From Perkinsus olseni (Eukaryota): a stretch of DNA of 33,001 bases. The position numbers and the translations under genes are program-made. The notes under the pieces are model-generated. The model made no database searches and had not been told where the DNA came from. It saw only the letters and a program-made list of their open reading frames with translations. Below, piece after piece: positions 9,504 to 20,408 of the stretch. Within the stretch, counting starts at the first letter, position 1; every line of letters begins with the position of its first letter. The stretch spans positions 1 through 33,001 of the forward strand of contig JABANN010000394.1 in the NCBI GenBank assembly GCA_013115125.1, written 5' to 3'.

Positions 9504-11849
9504 CTAATCGGCTCGCTGGTACATCTGCAGCTCGAGGTTCTCAGGCCCGTAAGTAAAGGTAACCTTACCTCGAACGCATGAGGGTGAATGATTAAGTCTA
9601 ATATCATCAAAAAATCTTAGGATCAGAGCCATTATCATAGTGGCCTCCTTGATGGCCATATTCTGCCCGGGGCACTGACGAGGGCCTCCCCCAAATGCGA
9701 GATGGTCACGTACAAGGGACTGGTCTATCGACACGCCATCATTGGTGAACCAACGTTCCGGCCTGAGATTCACGGCATAACCGAGGAAATCGTATTCGAA
9801 TGCAGTCAACGCGACAAGCCACTAAACTAAGTACTGGTAGGTCGTGCCGCCTTGAGATTTCGACACCATCACTTGGTGCTGGAGTACGGCCACAACAGTA
9901 CCAGCGGGAACTGGCTTTCCATCGAGCAAAGTGTCATCAACGCACTCATTGAGGAGAAATACACTCGGGGATTGCAACTGAGAAGAATCCATCACAGCTT
10001 CGCCTGATTTAACGACAGCCCACTCTGAGGGTCTCGAGTATGCAGCACTCAACGTAGGGTAGTTGGTTGAGGTCCGCTATCGTCTTGGGGTCATGGCCGA
10101 GAGCATCCACCTCCGCCCTGGCCTTAGCTTGAATGTGGGGGTTGAAAGACAGATAGTAGAGGCACCACGATACTGCCATAGCTGTTGTATCACTACCAGC
10201 GATCAAGAACCTGACGGCAAGTGGTGTATGCCATGATGCTACATTGTAGCATCATGGCAGGAGTTGTAGCAGCTGCAACTCCTGCCGCTCTTCCAGTGGC
10301 GCTCTAAGCTATCAGTGGCAGGCCCGAAACGGACAAGAGCTTGTGAGTCGGCAAGAAGAGCTCACGTGACGAGGTTTCCCCGCAAGTCCTCCGGGTCTAG
10401 ATGCAGGAGTTTGTCGAGCAAGTTGCGTCGCTCCACCCGCCCTCCTCGTGCCGCTTGCCGCTCGGCCCGTCTACTGCTGATAATCTCATCGCAGATTCTG
10501 TTGAGCCGCTTCACTCCCGTATGCATCTGACGACCAGAAATGACGAAACCACCAACGACGAGCACCTGACCTTTCTGATCATTGGGTTGAGGTTCCAAGG
10601 GAATCTATCCCGTGTCATCCACGGGAAGGAACTGAGCTGAACGGCATAACCCGACCCGGACAGGGTATCCACTATCGCCCTCTGGACCTTCCCAGATCGG
10701 CTACCAAGACGCAGACCTGAGAAAGCACTGCGTCACACACTGTGTTACTCACGCAGTCGAATGATCTACTGATCTTGGCAGAGCTCAGGCTGCTTCGGGG
10801 AGTGCAGCAGCATCGAGTCAAGCAGAGTAATTAGCGTCCGCGATGACGTCGCTGAGCTCACCCGGAACATCTGCTTACCATCGGGATTCAAAAAATTATA
10901 GTCGTTCCCTAAGGTGGTGACACATAAGACATCGAGGGTACAGAGTGGAAGCCATTCTGTGGGACGCCAAACGATACGGCCGTCCTGGCTGAGGGACTTC
11001 AACTGACGTACCTGAACGTGAACCGAAGCACCTGGTGAAGTGCGGTGATCGGTCATTCACCAGCTTCAATGATACTCTCAACATGTCAGGTACCATAGCC
11101 GCTGAATTTTTGTCATTGAAGGCCGGGGCACCAAACCGCCTGTTCCTCTTCCACGCGTCACCCTCTGTAGTGAACATTCCCGAGAGAGGTATTATTTTGT
11201 GCTTGTTGAAGGGCCTAATGAAGGTCTTCGGGCGCTCATCCAAAACTTGTCTGACCAACTCAGGCTTGGACAAGACGATCACGTTCATTCCAGTAATCCT
11301 GAGAGACAACAGACCGCCGTCACAAACTTACTGGAGCCTGCGCTTGTCACTGATGCAGAGCGAAGAGCAGGAGAACAAAACGCTCACTTGATGTGATAAA
11401 CATCACCGTACGTGTCCGCATAGATCTCCAAGGCACGGGCAAAATGATCCATCGACTTTGGTATGAAGCCCAGGATAGGAAGAAACTATCAGAGAGCGTT
11501 GCGCACAGTTTGTGTTAACGCTAACAGGCCACAATTGCAATCTTCTTTTCACTGAATTATCCAATAGGCTATTGCATAACCTAGTGAAAAGGGTCCGCTA
11601 CTGTCAGTAGTGACCCTATTCGGTCCATAAAAACAGGACGATGCAAATGAGGGCCGAGATCCAGGGACTCACATGATTTGGTCCGCCGAAGATAGCATGG
11701 AGATCCACCTTGGTACGTCTTAGGAACCTCAGAGCCTTCAAGGCAAGTACTGAGGCTATACCGCTCACAAGGATGAGTGTTCCGTGCGACCGGAAAATTG
11801 ATCGACACTTCACTACGAGGTCCTGGGCAGCGACGAGTAAAGGTGCCAT
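9504..11849 (-). CDS. Cytochrome P450 copy B, intact, 9 exons, 513 aa
   Basis: Exons 11849-11673, 11485-11388, 11298-11061, 11011-10879, 10716-10571, 10526-10366, 10210-10024, 9977-9835 and 9762-9504 total 1542 nt. All introns are GT-AG and the frame is open. Motifs WKRNR (C-helix), AGSDTT, ETLR, PERW, FGGGPRQCPG. Confidence 0.93.
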
Positions 11850-12965
11850 ACACAGGATGAATGTCGAGCACTGAAAGATTCCTCGTGAAATCCGAGCGGC
11901 TCCAGTAGATCATGGCTTCCGGAATGAGAGCAGACTTCGAGAAGAAATTTCAGCAACAGGGGCTCTGACGTCTGAGTCCTTTGAAGTCGCCAGCAGGGGC
12001 GATTCCAGGCCTAGGCAAACAAGGCAACTGCCTAGAGTCCCCCTGGCAACTGGCCAGGGATCCGCGCTGATCTACAGCGGTTGATAGATGCCTCTATGCT
12101 TTAGTGAAGCTGCTTTACAGTAACTCACCGTGAGTATGAACTTCAATTGCAGATTTCGAGGCGAATGACTCCCCTGCATTTTGATCATGAGCGTCGTGCT
12201 GGTTAATCCCTCGAGAGAGGCAAACTGCTTGCACGACGCAATCACATGTTGCTCCACGACGAGATGCTTGTCGTGACCCATAGGCTAGACACCAACTCTG
12301 AACAGGGCTGGAGAGAGCCAGAAACCTGTCCTCCGAAGGACCCTGTGTATGCGCACTTAACAATTTTAGCTATAGTGAACATCAGAACCCGCGCTCGCCA
12401 CGAGTGACATAGAGCACGGTGACGTACTGAAGTAGAACGGTTACGTCCAGATAGAATGGGATTCTGAGCGCCGGGAGAGAAGTTCTAAAATTCGGAAAAT
12501 AGCGAAGATCATGTTAGCGCTATCCGAAAGTGTCCACCGTTAGTGAGTGCCCAAAGGTCTTGGGCCACAGCAGAGAAGAAGGGCGCGCCACATACTCAAA
12601 CGAAGCATTCAATGAAGCTACTGTAGAGCTAGCGAAACGACTCTTGAGGACCAGACTCCTGGTGTGCGCTGATTCAGCGCCGCTGAACGCAGCCCTTTCT
12701 TTGCTGAGAGTGAGGCTAAGATACCAGCAGTGGATACGGCGTCAGGCGGCTTCCAATTGCCTTCCGAACAGTCAATGGAGAAACCCTGGTTTCTACATTT
12801 ACCCCGGTTCTTATCGGTTACCCAATTTTCAGTGGTTTAACCGAGTGCAGCTTGGCGTGGCTCAAACAGCTGGAGCTTAGCAGACTAGATATCTATTTCA
12901 TAGCTTCTAGTAGTACTGGATAAAAGAGAATGAGTTCTAACTAAAATCGCATGTCTTAGGCTCTA

Positions 12966-12987
12966 GTCAGATGATCTGACTCAGATC
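12966..12987. repeat. 22-bp scar, X=GTCAGATC
   Basis: GTCAGAT+GATCTGAC+TCAGATC, perfect. Confidence 0.9.
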
Positions 12988-13245
12988 CGTACCACACGCT
13001 GTTCACTCTGCCAAACCTCTGAATTCTAAGAATGTCGTAGACTACTAGAACAGGTGATTGATGAACAATCTGATGAATCATTTCCTTGAACGAAAACGGT
13101 TTAAGCTCTACTCCGTATTAAGTTTGACGGATAACATTTTCCATACAGTATCATCATCAGAGAGGAAATAAAATATTTATCATGACCTTGGTCATCATTG
13201 GGAAACGGACGACATTTGAAATGATCATGTTGTAACATTAGTATT

Positions 13246-15098
13246 TCAAATGTCGTCCGTTCCCCAGGGAATCCCCAGTGTGTACATCCGCAGTTCAAGA
13301 TTCTTTGACCCACATGTGAGAGTAGCCTTACCTCGAACGGACTCGGGCGAATGATTAAGTTTAATATCATCAAAATATTGCAAAATTAGAGCCAGTACCA
13401 TAGTAGCGTCCTTGATGGCCATATTCTGGCCGGGGCATTGACGAGGACCCCCACCAAATGCGAGGTGGTCACGCACTAGGACTCGGTCGATCTCAGAGCT
13501 ACCAGGTATCAACCAGCGCTCTGGTCTGAGATATATTGATTGTTGGGAGAGCGGTTCTAGGAGATAGCCGGAAATCGAGTCGATTACGTACTTGAAGCTT
13601 GTGCCACATTCAGCCACCATCGCTCCGCGTAGAAGCGCGCCTACGATAGTACTGGAGGGAATCGGCTTCCCAACCAGCAAGGAGTCAGAAATGCACTCAT
13701 GAAAGAGGAATCGACCCGGGGGTTGTAGCTGAGGAGATTCGACGATATATTTGCGTGGGTCGCCGAGTGCCCACCCTGAGCGTCTCTAGCAAGCAGCATT
13801 CAACATAGGCCAGGTCGTTGAGGTCTGCCCTAGTCTTGGGGTCACGGCCTAGGCCACCCACCTCGGCGCTGGCCTCAGTTTGAATGTGGGGGTTGAGGGA
13901 CAGATAGTAGAGGCACCACGATACAGCTATGGCTGTTGTGTCGCTTCCAGCGATCAAGAACCTGTAATCGCTGATATATGCTCCGGTCTTAGGCAGAGCC
14001 ACTGGAATGCTCGGCACCTGTCAAGAAAAAAGTAGTAACCGGAAACTCCCGTAATGAGGTTTCCGCGTAAGTCCCCGAGGTCGAGATGTAGGAGTTTATC
14101 TAGCAAGTTGCTTCTTCCGCGTGGCCTCGCTGCATGCTGCTCAGCTTGTCTGTCACTGATAATTCCATCACAGATCGTATTAAGTCGTTTCACTCCGTTG
14201 TGCATCTGATGGGCCAAGCACCAGTAAGGCCCGTGAAATTACGCTCACAACCGTGGGCAGCAAACTAGCGTTGATATTCCTACCTTCCTGGTCATTGGAT
14301 TGAGATTCCAGGGAAACTTATCCCGTGTCATCCACGGGAAGGAGCGGAGTCGCACGGCGAAGCTGGAACCGGCCCGGTGGAAGGAAAAATAGGGCACCCA
14401 ACCGTCTGTTCCGCTTCCACTCTTCACCCTCCGTGTTGAACATACCCGGGATCGGCATTATCTCGTGCTTGTTGATAGCTCTGATGTGGGGTCTTCGGGC
14501 GTTCACTCAAAACTTGACGAACCAACTCTGGATTGGAAACGGCTACCACGTCTGAGGTAGCTATTCTGAGAATAACGGGGACTATTCACAAGAATCATCC
14601 TGGGTGAGTGCTCGCTGATCGCTCACGGAGGCGAGAGAACTTTCGAAGGCGGAAGTTCTAAATCCTACGACATCGGTCTCACTTGATGTGGTATATGTCA
14701 CCATAAGTATCGGCATAGACCCCCAGGGCACAGAAGAGAGGGTCCACGGACCTTGGTACGAAGCCCAAAATGGGAAGGAACTACGAAAAATCGTTTGCAG
14801 GGTCAGACTCAGCACACTTGCTATTCTCGAGGACGTGCGGAGGCTATTCCAGCTCGACTGAGCACGTGCACAAGCAGGGTGTCGAGCCCTGGGCTCACTA
14901 GACTCACATGAGTAGCCTACTCAGAGTAGGTCCCCCGAAAAGGGAATGAAGGTCCACCCTAGCTCGCTGCACGAACTTAAGAGCCTTCCAGGCTAGCACT
15001 GAGGCTACACCGATTCCGAAAATCAGTGCCCCGTGCGACTCAGAGAGTGTTCGGCACCTCGCCACGATGTCCTGGGTGGCAATGAGTGATGATGTCAT
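13246..15098 (-). pseudogene. Cytochrome P450 copy C, pseudogene
   Basis: Same exon plan and motifs (AGSDTT, ETLR, PERW, FGGGPRQCPG). It carries a 14-nt frameshifting scar in exon 1 (14909-14930), a +1 frameshift near 14486-14492, and a deletion near 14375-14392 that removes the end of exon 3, all of exon 4 and the start of exon 5. Confidence 0.9.
14909..14930. repeat. 22-bp scar, X=TGAGTAGG, in P450 copy C exon 1
   Basis: TGAGTAG+CCTACTCA+GAGTAGG, perfect; the paralogues have a single site. Confidence 0.92.
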
Positions 15099-16280
15099 TT
15101 CTACCATCATATAAGCTGCAGAAGGTTCTCCGAGAATCACTATCGCGAAAATTGAGGATCGTAGGACTATGCGAAATTCATTCAGTTTGGGTTAGACCTT
15201 TCAGACGCCACCCTCACAGGTCTTCGTCGGTAACTGAGTAATCGGGTGGCGAGTGATGAGTCACATCACGTGGATTAGTCATAAGTTTACAAGAACCGAT
15301 ACTACTATCGTCATTTACATACACAATTATTGCTGTCCCCTTTCAACACAACACAGCTTAGTGTGGCTAAGATTCATATTCAATCTAGCTGTTGTTATTC
15401 AAGTACATGATTGACCACTACTGTCCGTACTGTGAGATGATCGTTATTATTTATTGTTCAAGGTTTATTCCCATTCGTATAATCTCTCCTGCGTAATGTC
15501 TAATACCTCATTATACAGTGATACTATTCCGAGGCGGAAAGGTGGAGTCGAGTTGGTTAATTCTAGTACATAAGTATCCGGGAGATCCCATCGTTATGAA
15601 AAATTCGTTCGTTAGCCCTCTAAGACGCCTCCTCAGCACCGCTGGGGCAAACTTGAATTTACCGTGCCCGCAAAATTGTGCCGCTATGGTGGAGCAAGTA
15701 CACACTGGCTGACTCTCGTGGGAAAAGGGTCCAATCTAATACCAACCGTTCATTATTCAACGACGGGCTTGTCCTTGCGCCTCCCCGGGAGGCCCCCTCG
15801 GAATCGTTCTAGCAATTCGCGATGCCGCATATCCTTTCTTTGTGCTCACGGTTTCCGTACTCGCAGCCTGCGAGTCGCAGGAGTTCTGGCTTCGGGTTCC
15901 GAGGTTCGGCCCGAGGAATAGGAACGCGTTTATCATGTATCACACGCGTGGCGCAGTGCTTCACTCAATAGCGTATTAGAGGCGTTCAACAAACCGATTC
16001 TGAAATTCAGAAGCGATTCTGAGTTACTGAACGGGGGGATTTGGCGTTAGTAAGGCGCAAGATTCACTAAACGCGCGGAATGCTAGATTCTTGCGTTGCA
16101 GCTTCAATGTGATCTACGCCGTGAGTGGAGACTCATTCCCAAGGACCGCTTGACAAGCAGTACTTATCAAGCGGTGCTTAGAGCAGTCCGTTATACTTGG
16201 ATCACTAGCCGAGTTGGCTTTGCGAGCCCTGTACTACAGGGCCTACAGGGCCTGTAGGCGGGTTGCCATGTGCTTGGTTC

Positions 16281-16302
16281 ATGTTGAGTCAACATTGTTG
16301 AC
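16281..16302. repeat. 22-bp scar, X=ATGTTGAC
   Basis: ATGTTGA+GTCAACAT+TGTTGAC, perfect. Confidence 0.9.
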
Positions 16303-17099
16303 CTTTGGACAAGTCATTTATAGACACAGAGATGTCAGCAGCCCTTCCGACAAGCGAGAGTGTCCAGAGACAGCCGTAGATCCCGCTATAGAGAGAGGAT
16401 GGGAATGGACTGGAATGGGGAATGGATGGGAATGCATGTTTGTCCGAACGTGAGACTTGGGCCTCTTTTCGCCAACATTGTGCTCACCGTTCATCCTTTG
16501 CCACAAAAATGTCGAAAAAGGCCGACACGGACAGCTCATTGTCAGTAGCGTCTCCAGGAGTCGGCAAAAAGACGGGGGATTGAGTAGTTGTCGAGAGAAG
16601 CTCAGGTTGTCCTTTGGACATTTACCGCTCGCCTCGGCATTTATCGCCACGCCACACTCGGCCTAGGATGGAAAGCCGTGACTGCATGCGGCAGCCCATG
16701 GTGATTGCACTCTACTTGGCAGGTTGATGGGAATAGCAGCCTGATAAGTACAACAAGATCGTTTGAAGCGGGTGTGGGAATGTCAGAGGAACAACGTTTC
16801 TCTCATAATGCGAACACTTTGAATGGCATTCATTCATTCGCAAGCGATCGCTAATACTCTCATCGTACCTTCAGCGCTGTGTCAGACAGTCTGACTCATA
16901 CTGACGCCATCACTGTCTACTTGTGTTGGAAAACATATCGCTGTAGTGCCGATACCGCTGCCTGGCTTAGCTGCGCTGTTATAGCGCCGCTACAACAGCG
17001 CCGCTGTTTCAACCGTCCATGCGGCGGTGAGTATTACTAACTTAGTAGCATTGACAGGATACTTGTATTATCATAGTAGTTACGAAATTCATTCGGCAT

Positions 17100-18360
17100 G
17101 TTCAACGAGAAAATCTTCGTCGGACAGTCCCCGTTTGCGATGGGGTTTTTCGAATATATCTTCGCAGATATATCGATATCTGATTCCCAATCATGCCCAA
17201 CATGCCTCCGAAACATCAAGGATCGTCGGGAGAGGATCAGCGCTCCCATGGGTCCCCCAGTTTGTCGGCAGCTGACGGCTCTACATCTACCTGCATACTC
17301 GTTACCACTATCGACGTTCTCGCCCAAGTCTACCGTTTGGATCTCCCCTCCGGTATTCCAGAGGAACTCCTTCTAGGGAGAGATATATGTATTCAAAGAG
17401 GACGCTACCCCAATCCAAGTCTTCGTTGTTGATGCATCCGTGATGGCGGCCGAGGGACTTTTCTCGACACACTCCATACTGAGCTACCCTGTATGAAGCC
17501 TTGTGCCGTTGCCTTGATGATGCGGATTCCTTGAGTACGGAGGAGCTGGCTTGGGTCCTAAGGAGACGGCTATATATTGTCCTGCATACGACGGAATCTT
17601 TTTGGGCTGGTGAGCGCTCGGCCAGCTTTTTGGAGAACTGGGCCCGAGGTTTCCCACCGGGGAGCTACGATGCGGAGAAATTGAACAGATTGTTTCCTTA
17701 TGTTGTCTAGAATGGCCCATTCTGAATGGGCACGTGAAAGGCCAGTGGTCGTTGTACCAGTTGCATAAGACAATCAGTGGAACACTCAGGTCTCTGCAAT
17801 TTATCTCAGATAACGTCCATAGCAGCCTATTGGTACAGCAGTCCAAATACTGGAAGGGCCCCAAGAAGGTTGACCTGTCTGTGGCGAATCCGACCTGGGA
17901 TATTTTATTCAACGTGCTATGCGCTCCCCACTGGTCGCATAGGATTCGCATAGCGGATACCGGTACTGTCTTCTCAATGGGTCCTCGTATGTACAACCAA
18001 CATAAGGCGGAGTCAAATGATGTCCATCGGGGAAACTATATGGAAGGACTCGTCTCTCTGGCTATGGCGCAGCTTGGGGATATGACCAGCGTGTTACTTT
18101 CGGTCATTCTTGCTCTCCGAATTCAGCACGAGAACCGGCTCGTTCTGCGAAATATCCGGCAGAATATTGCTTACTGTCGGCAGCACAACTGCGAGTTGAA
18201 TATACTGCAGGATCCTGCCGAAGACAGTGATACGTTCGCTAAGTGGTAAGAGGAGTGGCGAGGCGCTACATCTTTGCTTGTCCATCTCTTCGAGATCGGC
18301 GAGTTGTCGCTCAAGCACTCCTACTGGATGAGAATGTTCAATCGATCCTTCCACGGTACC
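17100..18360 (+). pseudogene. Degraded coding sequence, weak resemblance to GT34 (GMA12/MNN10-like) glycosyltransferase
   Basis: Protein-like stretches interrupted by stops. NIRQNIAYCRQHNCELNIL...TFAKW loosely resembles the N...YA..HGY...W.K motif. Family call is tentative. Confidence 0.3.
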
Positions 18361-18397
18361 GCTGCGACGCACGTGGTAGCGTTAAACACTAAGGTAT

Positions 18398-18419
18398 CTC
18401 GTAAGTTACGAGTCGTAAC
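18398..18419. repeat. 22-bp scar, X=CTCGTAAC
   Basis: CTCGTAA+GTTACGAG+TCGTAAC, perfect. Confidence 0.9.
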
Positions 18420-19127
18420 GCCGGTCACGTAGCAGCTCCCCGCGGTCGAGGTAATTGAGGGTTTTGTTAGGGGAATACAGGCCGAGGCTTGAGGTCGAGC
18501 CACCCTTACAGGGCATGTCTCACTACTACCTCTTGCCAAGGCCTGAACCTCGTTCGGGTGACCTCCTTGTGGTGTTTGCTGAACCATTTGTTAATGCTTA
18601 CTTAACATAACTCACTACCATTACTTGTAGATGTTGAAGTATCGTGTTAGTGAAGTTGATGCTAACGAGAGTAATTTAGGAGCAGCTAGTCAGCAATGTT
18701 CGTGCCGTCTAGATATGCACTGCAGCCTGTGTAGTACAAATAAGCAAGGTAGGTTATCTATCTTGATAAGAATTGAGTTGAAGAGTAAGCGCGAAAAAGT
18801 ACCGAAACCACGGCTATCTGGAAAGGTAACTGAAATCGAGCAATCTATGGTATTAATTCGAGGTTGAAAGAGTTACGATGAGTTGGGAATGAACGAAACG
18901 AACGTCCATCGTAGGCCGTCTACAGGGAGCTAAAGTTTCGCAGCCCTACTGTCCGAGCCTCATTGAAACTGCTTCGGCCAAATTTGAAGTATCAAAGACT
19001 ACTTCTTCCAAGAAATCGACACTTTTGGACAGATAACTGTCGACGAACAAGTAGTTTGAACAAGGGATCTTGGACAACTCGGCAGGTAGCTGTCGAAAAT
19101 CTCCGAAGTACACCTTTCGACAAGGTT

Positions 19128-19149
19128 GTTGCAAATTGCAACTTGCAAT
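19128..19149. repeat. 22-bp scar, X=GTTGCAAT
   Basis: GTTGCAA+ATTGCAAC+TTGCAAT, perfect. Confidence 0.9.
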
Positions 19150-19647
19150 AGTGGGTCTCGATACTTGTCGAAATGTCACCGGACATCTTTTCTCAGTTTT
19201 CTCCCCAATTGACGTGGAGGAGGCCCTTTGGACAAGTCGACACGCGAGAAGTGTACAAAAAACATGTCCAGTACTCTCCCTAAGCGAAGCTGTAGCCAAC
19301 AGTTGTCCAAAGAAGATATTGACCGGCGCGCGCTTTCTGTATATTGTTGTCGAAAGATTAGTCCTAGTGCTAGATTTTGACAAGTGTCGGCGTTTGTAGA
19401 ATGGACGGAAAGACGATGTTGCCCAAAGCCTTTGGGCCAGAGGAGCGCTTACGCTACCACGTGTGTACTTTGGCGATTGTCTACTACATTTCCTAGCGTA
19501 CTAAGTCTGGGCCTACCGAGTCGGTCCTGTGTCGGTACTACCGGCGGTAGTACCGTCGGCGACCCCCCAGCTCGGGGATAGAACCATCGGGTTCTGAAAT
19601 CGACGTGAGGAACGTCTCGTAACTATTCCGAGCTCACAGTTCCCTTG

Positions 19648-19691
19648 TCCCGAAGTTCGGGACCCGAACGGTCAGAGTCTGACCGTCAGAC
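19648..19691. repeat. Two abutting 22-bp scars, X=TCCCGAAC and X=GGTCAGAC
   Basis: TCCCGAA+GTTCGGGA+CCCGAAC immediately followed by GGTCAGA+GTCTGACC+GTCAGAC, both perfect. Confidence 0.9.
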
Positions 19692-20119
19692 TGCTGCCAT
19701 CTTTGGCGTGCGCTACTGTTTGTGTCATGATGATCGCCCGACAGTTGTGCTACCTTGCCGCTAGTATGTTCTAAGGAGTCCTTTGACACTCTCGTCATAC
19801 CAGCATCGTCATACTTTGATGTACTAGATCCTCGGATTTATGTTTTTTTTCATTTGACACTTCTAGCTTCAATCGACTCGTTGCCGGTGCTCAGATCAAG
19901 TTGAGCGCCGCTCAGCTTGAGACTGGGATTCATCCGCTCAATGAGTGGATGAACCCCAGTCTTTAGAACGAATATATTCCTAAGCACAAGGCCTTGGATT
20001 GAGTTGCTTACTTCTCGGAGAAGGTATTCGGCATCTACTGATCACCAGAACCGTTCTGGCACCTAATGGTTCCAGAGTTACTTCTTATTCACTGTCTGAA
20101 CTTGGGGTTCCCCGGGATG

Positions 20120-20141
20120 GATGACCGGGTCATCATGACCC
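20120..20141. repeat. 22-bp scar, X=GATGACCC
   Basis: GATGACC+GGGTCATC+ATGACCC, perfect. Confidence 0.9.
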
Positions 20142-20408
20142 GGTTCGATCCGGCCCGTGCCTGACAGCCCCGAATGCCTGGTAGAGTCACTCTATCGCCC
20201 GACCATTCACAGAGGAGAAGGGGCGACTTCAGCGCAGAGTGTACCTCAATTGAGCCAATCCGAGCATCAATGCACTGCAAGTATGCCGCCTATCATGCCG
20301 ACACCCATAATGAGTCACTAATTAACAATGAACGATATGCAAAGCTTACCGAGGAGAAAATGAAACATGACAAGATGGAGAGGGATGACTGCGCGAGAGC
20401 ACTGTCAT

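Noticed and set aside
12072-12880. Short ORFs between P450 copies B and C
   Set aside because: No family motif or splice structure that I can support; probably decayed repeat DNA.
16397-16436. GGAATG-like repeats as telomeric or satellite sequence
   Set aside because: Short, degenerate simple repeat only.
18941-18948. hAT-like terminal CAGCCCTA (revcomp TAGGGCTG)
   Set aside because: No matching opposite TIR or flanking 8-bp TSD found in the window, so it is not called as an element.
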